From: Octopus vulgaris
Taxonomy: Eukaryota
Assembly: GCA_951406725.2 (NCBI GenBank)
Contig: OX597832.1
Span: 39,928,001-39,992,000 of the forward strand
Reading direction: 5' to 3'
DNA length: 64,000 nucleotides
The notes beneath the pieces were generated by a model that was not told where the DNA came from, made no database searches, and was given only the letters and a program-made list of their open reading frames with translations. This document shows, piece after piece, positions 40,191 through 50,600 of the stretch. The translations under genes and the position numbers were made by a program. How positions within the stretch are numbered: the first letter of the stretch is position 1; the number at the start of each line of letters is the position of its first letter.

Positions 40191-40555
40191 AATAGAAATT
40201 TCAGCATTTTCAGAGGAGAGGGATAAGTCAATTACATCATCTCCAATATTCAACTGGTACTTGTTTTATCAACCTTGAAAGAATGAAAGCCAAAATTGAC
40301 CTCCACAGAATTTGAACTCAGGATGTAAAGACGGACAAAATGCTGCTAAGCATTTCATTTGGCATGCTAATGATTCTTCCAGCTTAATAAGAAATAAGAT
40401 ATGGCCAGTGAAAGTCATTATTATTATTATCATTAATATATTTAACCTAAGAAATTCCACAGAGCTTTAGAAATTGATCTTGGCCAAATGTTTGGCCTTG
40501 CCTGAATCAAATTTAGACACACAAATGTGGTGGGTGTCATGCAATATATATGCTA

Positions 40556-40906
40556 CTAGGACTATGACCTGGCAATGCTAGTGCATGCATATACAGCTGC
40601 GTGCGCACATACACGCGAGTACTGTCCAAATCTCCGACCAATCACATACAGCTAGCTGGCATTCAATTGGCGTATCAAGTTTCAGGCATTTTGATTGGGT
40701 TTTGGATAGAAAATTCACAAAAAAGTCACTTCTATTGATTTTTTAATGGCTTTGCGGGGTGACTGGAAATGTAAAGATGTGCACAACAACCCTTGGACGG
40801 TTTTGAATGACCATAGAAAGTGCGAGCCCTCTAACTGAAAAACTGTGGATTTGTATAAAGGACACACAGACAGACACAGACATTTTGCCGTTTATATATT
40901 TATGGA
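40556..40906 (-). mobile_element. Non-autonomous Helitron-like element
   Basis: Minus strand begins A|TC, has a (TGTC)-type microsatellite near the 5' end, and ends with an imperfect hairpin then CTAG|T; no TSD. Confidence 0.55.
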
Positions 40907-41175
40907 TTTAACAGACACAATACATGTTTTTTATGTGCTAAATAATGGTTTCATGTGTTGAGAAATACCTCAAATATGTTCGTTAGGCGTGCACAAACCA
41001 GATGTCGTTAATGAACTAAAAATTGAATGACAGAAGAAATGTGAAAAGTTGAGAAGAAAGTCTATAGAAAACGTGGAAGGTTAAACAAAGGGAAAAGTAA
41101 AATATGTTTCAGGTATTTCTCAACATATGAAACTATTGGTAGCACATAAAAAACGTGTATTGTGTCTATTGAATA
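40907..41175. mobile_element. Foldback MITE with ~70-bp imperfect TIRs
   Basis: 40907-40980 is the imperfect reverse complement of 41101-41175. Confidence 0.75.
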
Positions 41176-41385
41176 GTATTCATCTCTCACCAGTTTTTTA
41201 AAGATCCATGTTCCCCATTGGGATGGCTTCACTGGTTTGACAAAGATCTGATGGATCCAAGGAGTTGCATTAGGCTCTCTATTATCAAACTGCTAAGTTA
41301 CAGGATGTAAACACATCAGTGCTGGTTACCAAGCAGCAGGGGAGGGACAAATGCAGACACACACACACTATATATATATATATAT

Positions 41386-41760
41386 TCTCTTTTACTTGTT
41401 TCAGTCATCTGACTGCGGCCATGCTGGAGCACCGCCTTTAATCGAGCAACTCGACACCGGGACTTATTCTTTTGTAAGCCCAGTACTTATTCTATCGGTC
41501 TCTTTTGCCAAACCGCTAAGTAACGGGGACATAAACACACCAGCATCAGTTGTCAAGCAATGCTACGGGGACAAACACAGACACACACATATATATACGA
41601 TGGGCTTCTTTCAGTTTCCGTCTACCAAATCCACTCACAAGGCTTTGGTTGGCCCGAGGCTATAGTAGAAGACACTTACCCAAGGTGCCACGCAGTGGGA
41701 CTGAACCCGGAGCCATGTAGTTGGTAAACAAGCTACTTACCACACAGCCACTCCTGCGCC
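41386..41760 (-). mobile_element. SINE family A nested in the TA tract of an older family A copy
   Basis: Full copy; the host halves lie at about 41270-41370 and 42100-42238. Confidence 0.85.
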
Positions 41761-41771
41761 TATATATATAT

Positions 41772-42040
41772 ATCACGTGACCGACCAGACCATCAGATGT
41801 TGTTACACATCACTAGTCACAATGCGTTCAGTGTTTTAGCCTTTGAATGACGCCACCCCGCTGGCTAAACGAGCAGGCCAACAGAAGAAAGAGTGGTGAA
41901 AGAGTACAGCAGGGATCACCCCCCCCTGCCGGAGCCTCATGGAGCTTTTAGGTGTTTTTGCTCAATAAACACTCACGACGCCTGGCCTGGGAATCGAAAC
42001 CGCGAGTCCGCTGCCCTAACCACTGGGCCATTGCGCATCC
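41772..42040 (-). mobile_element. SINE family C variant (head X, tail Q)
   Basis: Head matches 29341 but the 3' tail differs; sister copy at 49505-49806. Confidence 0.82.
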
Positions 42041-43616
42041 ACACACATATATATATATATATATACACACATATATATATATATATACATGTATTCAACA
42101 ACCTTTCAGTTTCTATCTACCAAATCTATTTACAAGGCTATAGTAGAAGACACTTGCCCAAGGTGCCATGCAGTGGGACTGAACCCAGAACCTAGTGGTT
42201 GGGAAGCAAGCTTCTTACCACACACACATGGCAGTGCCTTAATATAGCCACATTCTACTGTTGAAACTCGTAAAACATACAAGAATATCGTCTCACATAG
42301 AGAGGCCTGTCGTACTGAGCTCAATAAACCCCAGCCACTCACACAAAACAGTCGCTGTTAGAAGACCAAATCGACAGGACAAACAAATACATACGCAGCA
42401 GAGGGTACATTCCTCTGAAGATGACCTTTACTGGGTCCCATGCTCCTCAACCCTTTGGCATTCACATCATTCTGTCGAATGTAATGCTTATTTATTCACA
42501 TTGTTCGGAATTAATTAGACATTATCTCACGGCTTTCAAATTTCAATGGATGTGGTAGTTTATTTTTAGAATGACATTGTTGAACATAAAATAAGTGGAA
42601 TATTTGGGGCCAGTTTAAATGCCAAAGGGTCAGATCCAGCAGGGGAAACCTTTTTTGAGAAGCAGAGCATACTCTTTTACTTGGTTGTCATTTGACTGCG
42701 GCCATGCTGGAGCACCACTTTTAGTCAAGCAAATCGACCCCGGGACTTATTCTTTGGAAACCTAGTACTTATTCTATCAGTCTCTTTTGCTGAACCGCTA
42801 AGTTGCAGGGACGTAAACACCACACCATCGGTTGTCAAGCGATGTTGGGTGGGACAAACACAGGCACACAAACACATGCACACACACATATGACAACCGA
42901 TGCTGGTGTGTTTATGTCCCCATAACTTAGAGGTTCGGCAAAAGAGACCGATAGAATAAGTACTGGAGTTGATTTGCTAAAGGCAGTGCTCCAGCATGGC
43001 CACAGGCAAATGACTGAAATAAGTAAAAGAGTAATGAGAAATTGTGAATAATTTAATCTAAGGGACTCCGTTCAGTCATGAATGACCATGGAATTGCACC
43101 TACAAAGTTACTCTCCAAGGCACAAAGTCCGGGAAAGGCAAAGACCAATACAGCTTGACACTAAGTAACATTGCAACTATTTCTACAGCTGAGTGGAGCA
43201 ACATAAAATAAAGTGTCTTGCTCAAGAACACAACACACAACCCGGTCTGGGAATCGAACTCACTATCTCATGATCGTGAGCCAGACACTCTAACCATTGA
43301 GTTGACAGAGTAATCTGAATAAAAGAGTAACAATCCTCCTGAGTTGGAGCAGTCAACCTATTCTACCCCCCTCCAACATAAGGTCTTACTGCATTGGTGG
43401 TGGGGGTCAGTCTAGTCCACTACGCCCTCCCCCACTCCCTGTGGTCTTGCGCCTGTGTTACAAGACATTTCTCCTTTCACTGAAAGCTCCAGGGGTGATT
43501 CAGCCAGTTTTGTACGTAATGAGTTATGTCCCTTCATAGACCGAGTTCAAACCACCCAGCGTTGGCTACTTTCCCTCTTTCCCGAGCAGGGGTTCTCAAC
43601 TGGGATCCATATCAGA

Positions 43617-45385
43617 TGAAGTGTGACGGAGGAAACGGACAACAGAAAAGGGAAGCAACGGGAGAAAGAAATACAAAAGGCCTTACCTTGGCAAAATCAG
43701 CTTTTTCACTCTTTCACGAATTCAACACGTCTTGTCGCTCTGTGCTCTCGGAAGTCAAGCACTGGTCTAACCTTATGCTTTGTGGGCTGTATCACCGCCA
43801 TCAGTGGCAGGACTCCACTCCCTTCTTTTTCCCAAGCGATCAATATGCCCTCCTTAATCCACCGCTCCACCTCCCCCTCGAACTCACTTCTGGCATCTTC
43901 TTTTAGAGTATGCTGACAGCAGCCCACTTTATTTTTTAACGTCAGGGGCTCTCCCTTCCAGTGTCACTCCACTGTCCACCTCTGGTCATCAAAGACAGCC
44001 CGAAAGTCCTGCTCTTCAATGGCATGTGCAGCATGCTTTTCTTCACAGTTCCCCAGTGCATGGTCTCGCCATACACGGTTTCCCCACAAACCCGAACATT
44101 ACACCAGCCTCGTTAACAGTGACACCTCCCAAACGGGTAATTGCATCCATCCCCATCACCACGTCAATCTCGTCCACCAAGTGGCCAACTACAATTGCTC
44201 GCAGTGTCAGCCTTATTCCCTGCACCACAATCTGTGCATCTGTAACACCTTTGCAGTATACCTTTTTTCTGTCGACTGCTTACTCCACTCCACGTCTCTA
44301 CCACTTCTGGAGTCATCAGAGTTGTCGTACAGCCCGTATCCACAAGGGCTCGCGACATCTTCCCCTCAACCAGAATATCAACTACAAGTAATGACGATAA
44401 ACGTGCCTCTATTGATCCAAAGGGACAACTACCGGCGCAAGTAGTCCCCCTCAGACATTCACTGGCTATATGCTCCATTTCTCGACACCAGTAGCAAATG
44501 ACCTCAGGCTTGGGTAACTCGCAGTCTTGCACCATGTGCGGGCCCTGACACAGGAAACACTGTCCTTTCAATGGCCACACACCTTTCTTTGACCCCTCTC
44601 CACTGCCCCTTGCTCGGCCACTCTTCATTGTTGCAGTCGCTGCTACCGACATCGTTCTGCAGCACGAAACTAGCACGCGAGCCCGAGATACAATGTCTGC
44701 CATCGCCATCGAGTGAATGTTCGGCAGCTTCTGCAACTCGACCGACATGTGGTCAGGAAAGCCAGTCACAAACACCAGCTTAACCATCCGGTCCAGCGAT
44801 TCTCCTGCCAGTTTAGCCAATCTCCTGAGTTCATTTGCAAATACGTCAACCTGTTCCCCAGGTGAGCGTATGCCTCAAGCATTTCCTCCGCAAAGGCCTC
44901 CATCAAACGGATTTCTATTTTCTCTGCCACTAAGTTGGTCCTTCTCTTCCATCTCTAGGTACAGTGCTAATGCTGAGCCATCCACGTACAGCGGTATAAA
45001 ACTCGCTAGGTTGCTTATACCGTGGAGCTTCACCACCAACTTCATCTTTAACCAAGCAACTACATCTGTGTCACCACAAAATGGTTTGATCATCTCGTTC
45101 GAAATACGGACAACACACATCGTTCGTTTTTTCCTTTTTTTTTTTTATGGGACAAAATAGCTTGTAGCGTGATGGAGGAAAAGGACAACAGAAAAAGAAG
45201 CAACAGGAGAAAGAAATACAAAAGGCCTTACCTCGGCGAAATCAGTGGTCACTCTGTCACAAATTCAACATGTCTTGTCGCTTTGCCCTCTTTGCTGGAA
45301 CTGACCACACTTGCTTGCTGACCACCGGCCCCTGCAAGCCTTACTTCCGCCCACCTCATCTGTCATCCTCTCCACCAACACCACA
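43617..45385 (-). mobile_element. Internally deleted Ty3/Gypsy-like LTR retrotransposon
   Basis: LTR 45163-45385 (TG...CA) and truncated LTR 43617-43749; 5-bp TSD tcaga/taaga. Frameshifted gag has two CCHC knuckles (CFLCQGPHMVQDC, CYWCREMEHIASEC), followed by protease ALVDTGC and RT start LPLMAVIQPTKHKVRPVLDFRE. Confidence 0.88.
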
Positions 45386-47272
45386 TAAGATTTTACCTTT
45401 TATCGTTTACTTGTTCCAGTCATTGGACTGCGGCCATGCTGGGGCACCGCCTCGAAGAATCTTTTAGTCAAATGAATCAATCCCAGTACTTTGATTTTTT
45501 AAACCTGGTACTTATTCTATTGATCTCTTTTGCCAAACTGCTAAGTTATAGGGACATAAACACAGCAACACCGGTTGTCAAGCGGTGATGGGGGACAAAC
45601 ACGGATAATGGAAGCAAAATTGCTAACTTCTGTTCATCTAACAATCTGAAGGATTTGCAATACCATTTCGAGCAGAAGAACAGAAAGTGGAGCTGGATGC
45701 ATCCCAATGTGTATAAAAGTGAGTTGAACTGAGCGAGGTCGTTGCCAGTGCCGCTGGAGTGGCTCCTGTGCAGGTGGCACGTAAAAAACACCATTTGAGC
45801 ATGGCCGTTGCCATTACCACTTGACTGGCCTTCGTGCCGGCGGCACGTAAAAGCACCCACTACACTCTCAGAGTGGTTGGCGTTAGGAAGGGCATCCAGC
45901 TGTAGAAACTGCCAGATCAAATTAGAGCCTGGTGCAGCCATCTGGTTCGCCAGCCCTCAGTCAAATCGTCCAACCCATGCTAGCATGGAAAGCGGATGTT
46001 AAACGATGATGATGATGATGTTTTGATGGCAAAGTGGACGGACTCATTCACTAACTGCTGTGCCTGCTCAACAGTGGAGCTAAATTCTGAGCATAGAACT
46101 GTTCCCTACCACTTCCAATAGAAAATTTAGCAGACAAGCACAGAAATTTAGGAAGCATAAAACATTTAACTGGATTATATTGCCAAATGACAATGAGAAA
46201 AGATCAAATTTTCAAACCATTTTTTCAATCGATTATATTTTTATATATTTATGTATCTTTAAATTTTTAATATTTTAAAAATATTCTAATGAGTGATGCA
46301 TTAAATATATTTTATTAATTTGCAAAAACCAGTTTTATGGCTGAGTATATGTTGTATTATTCTAAATTGTTGAACCTACCTGAATTCTTTTAAATATAAT
46401 ATATGTATATATCTAATGACTCAGGTTGTCTATCTGAGCACTTCACAGTGCTGTCTATATAATAAACAAAAATATAACAATACACATATGTGTAGGCCTC
46501 TGAGCAGGTATTGCCAAGCTTTTGGTAAAATTTGATGCAGATTTCCTTGCTCAACTTTTTCCATCATGGTCAATGCGGCAATCACACACTACACACCTTC
46601 CTTCCAAGCACTGCTGTAAACAGAGGAAGTGAGCTAGGACGTTAAAACTTAGTGTGCATGCTCAGCAGAGTTCAAGATCAGTCTTTGCCAAATGCATTTA
46701 TTCTGCATACTTTAGCTTTGTAACTATGGCAACAGTCCGAACACTTATTGATCAGACCACATACACAATATATTCACAAATATACAGCTTCTATACAGTC
46801 ACCTGACTTGCTAAAAATAGCAGTCAAATCTCCATGAAATCACACACATCATCTTTGAAAAGAAAGGTCTCAATGAGACACATTATATTTGTATAAAAGG
46901 CAAGATGGTCATGGTTGGAACACAGATCTGCTGGATCAGGACTGACCCAGAGCTTAACAACAACAACAACAACAACAATAGGAAATTGAAATTAAAATGT
47001 TCTATAACAACCTTTAATGGGTCAGAAATTTAGGGCTCATGTAGGCACTAGGTGTCACTGAGACGAGTTGCAACACTTTCCAGTTTGTTGATGACCTCAG
47101 CATACTTTGGTGGTGGCGTAAATGAAATTGCTTAACCAGGAACCAAACCTGTATCACAGACTCAGGATCATATCACTTACACAGCACACATACACACACA
47201 TATACCAGCTCACATACACAGAAACACATACACACACACACACACACATACAGCACATACACGCAAATACAA

Positions 47273-47278
47273 TTTATT
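47273..47278 (-). terminator. Candidate TUBGCP3 polyadenylation signal AATAAA
   Basis: tttatt on + about 250 nt after the stop codon; an alternative signal lies at 46311-46316. Confidence 0.35.
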
Positions 47279-47525
47279 TATAACCTGAATAAAACAACTG
47301 TGTGTGTGAGCACGCATGCACACATGCACACCTGTGTGCAGGTGTGCTTATGCATGAGTGTGCATTTGTGGTGCATGTACAAGTACTGTTGTCAGATGTC
47401 GTTGTGTTAATTGTAGCTAATTTTCAAGAAGCTGTATTTGTTGCTCGGTCACGAATTCCCATTAATATGGGCCCCGCGAATTGACCAAGTGAGAAAGATT
47501 TTTTTTTCTGCCAGTTTACAGAACA

Positions 47526-47690
47526 TTAATATGTCTCAATGCCATTAATATATTGGCTGTACATGCCTTTCAATGAGCCAAGAGTCTTGTAATGCTCATT
47601 GAAATCCAATCTGTAACAGAGATACTGCAACTTGTGGTCCACGTTGAATTTACTGATACCCAACAAATCCAGGAACCGCTGAACCATTGA
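47526..47690 (-). CDS. TUBGCP3: TUBGCP3 last coding exon
   Basis: [10 protein letters not shown]...[15 protein letters not shown]...IETY-TAA. Confidence 0.94.
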   Translation of the reverse strand, partial: SMVQRFLDLLGISKFNVDHKLQYLCYRLDFNEHYKTLGSLKGMYSQYINGIETY

Positions 47691-50600
47691 CTGTAAATAC
47701 AGAAAAACAAAAAAGCAAAGAATGGAAAGGATTCGTTCCTGCCTCAAACGTCATTGCTGTCAGAGCAGCATTTGAAGAATTTCTCAACACACACATGCAT
47801 TCATATAATATAGCATAATATAATACACTGTATCAATATACAATATACTAACACTGTATACCATACACACACAATACCAAAGTCATATACATACATTGTA
47901 CCAAACACTATATAATATATACACAGTGTACCAAACACTATATAATATACACACAGTGTACCAAACACTCTGATATACATACATTGTACCAAACATTGTG
48001 ATATACATATATTGTTCCAAACAGTATATGATATACACACACATTGTACTAAATGTCATACAATACAAACACACCGTACAAAAACACTATAATACCCTCT
48101 CTCGTCCTCACCCTGGTATTCTCTCCCCACCCCACCCACCCTGTGTCATTCCTGCAGGCATTGGAAATTATGGACCCCTTTTGCCAAAGTCGGAATATTC
48201 ATAACTCTTTCTTTTTCCTTAGGAATGATACTGTGGTGGCTTCCCCTGTTGCCTTCTGGCAGCTTATTTACAGTTTAACCTGCTGATCTCCTGATCGCAA
48301 CCCTGGTGGGGGGGAGGGGGCGATTTTTCAAGACACCAGAGTATGTGGTCAATGTTTACAAAGCTGGCGCTGCTGCTAATTTATATACACACACACACAC
48401 ACAGATATCACCATCATCACATAATGGTATTGAACTCAAAGCCTCATAACTGCAGAGAGAACTTCTTACACGCACGTTACAACAACCACCTATGTAACAG
48501 TTGTCACACACTTCATATTCTAAACCCAAGCTGGCCTATTCCCAAGTCACGCTACACACACTGTGTCCTTTACCACAATCACACACACCACACTACAACA
48601 TATACGCTAATCGTACCACACAATATACATGCTACAACTTATACCTCAATCCCACCACACTCTTAACAATAGCCCCCCCCCCCCAAACTATATCTGTACC
48701 AAAGTCAAACCACCACCACACGTGCACTACACTCTATATATCCAAGTCACACTACAACCTGTGTAAACATCCACACACATTGCTCTTAATACCACAAACA
48801 TACTACAGTCTGAACAAGAATTGCAGCAAACCCACAGTGTATACAACAGGGTGCAACAAACCTAGTCAACCTACCTCATACGTGGTGCCCAATACATTAA
48901 ATTCGGTGGTACAGCTGTGGACCTTTGCCTGGAACATCTCTCGCATCTTTGCGTCATGAGCTTCTTCAGCAGCAGTTAAGGCCCATGCACCCTAGAAAAC
49001 AGAAAAAAACCCCAGGTAGTGTTGATTAAAATCTACCCCAGTGAATCACTGAAACGAAAGGTAGTGAGGGTCAGAAAACAAGATTGTCTCACTTTGGTAA
49101 ACAACATTCAAACTTTTATCAATGAATAAAGTTTGTTTGACTTGTTACAAATAACAGCAAAGTTTTTACATGTTTTAGGGACACCCTGTATGTTTAGAAT
49201 GCAATTGTACAAACATCAAGAAATATATAAATCTTTACTAATAATGTATCTCAAAGTGAATTCAGCTATAAAAAACAGCTTATAATACAGAGTGGAAGCC
49301 CCTTGGATCAGGAAAAAAAAGAAAACAGAAATGATACTTGTGGGATGTCCTACAATCCATAAAATGCATGGTATGAGTCCAGCGGTCAGTTATCTGGCTA
49401 AAGAATTTTAACCCAATACATTATAGGCAACTATTTCTGACTGAAGTGGCTTCAAGATACACTGCTAATGAACACACACACACACTTTATATATGTATAT
49501 GAATGTGACCATGACTGACCAGGCTATCAGATGTTGCTAAACATCGCTGCTCACAATGCGCTTCGCATTGTTTTAGCCTCCAAATGACGCCACCCCATTG
49601 GCTAAGCGAGCAGGCCAACAGAAGAAAGAGTGAGAGAAAGTTATGGCAAAAGAGTACAGCAGGGATCGCCACCACCTCCTGCCCGAGCCTCGTGGGGCTT
49701 TAGGTGTTTTCGCTCAATAAACACTCACAACACCTGGTCTGGGAATCGAAACTGCAATCCTGCAACCACGAGTCCGCTGCCCTAACGACTGGGCCATTGC
49801 GCCTCCACATATATGTATATAAAATAGTTAAAGTAAAATCTAAAATTATCAGAAATACATTTACCTTATTTGTTTTCCTTTTTCTCGCAGATTCAATCTC
49901 TGCCCGTCTTAGTTTCTCCTCATTAATTAATTTATACATCTTTTCCAGTTCAACTTGGAATTTGATAATTAAATCAAAAATACTACGAAGTTGTTCTGAG
50001 ATTTTCTGTAGACAAAAAAAAAAAAAGAAGACAACAAGATGGAATCCAATTTGTAAGAATGTTGGAAACATGAAGACTGGAATAGGGACTATTAAGGTCA
50101 GACTTTTTAGTATTTAACTCTTTAGCATTCTAACTGACCATATCCGGCCAAAATAATCTCCTGTTATATCTTCAATCTGGCCAGATCTGACCTCTCACAC
50201 TTAACCTGCAATGTCATTCTAAAAATAAACAATCACATCATTGAAATCTCAAAGCTGTGACATAGTGCATGACTAATTCAATGGCACGTAAAATGCACCA
50301 TCCGATCATGGCCGTTTGCCAGCCTCCCCTGGCACGTAAAAAGCACCCACTACACTCACGGAGTGGTTGGCGTTAGGAAGGGCATCCAGCTGTAGAAACA
50401 CTGCCAGATCAGACTGGAGCCTGGTGCAGCCTCCTGGCTTCCCAGACCCCAGTCGAACCGTCCAACCCATGCTAGCATGGAAAACGGACGTTAAATGATG
50501 ATGATGATGGATAAGAATTACATTGGACAGAGAAATCTGAATGACAAGAGGATACTAACAACAACAACAACATATATACACACACGAGTTCAACTCCTGT

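Noticed and set aside
44164-44820. 218-aa ORF as a domesticated gag gene
   Set aside because: Frameshifted at both ends and lying between LTRs of a deleted retrotransposon
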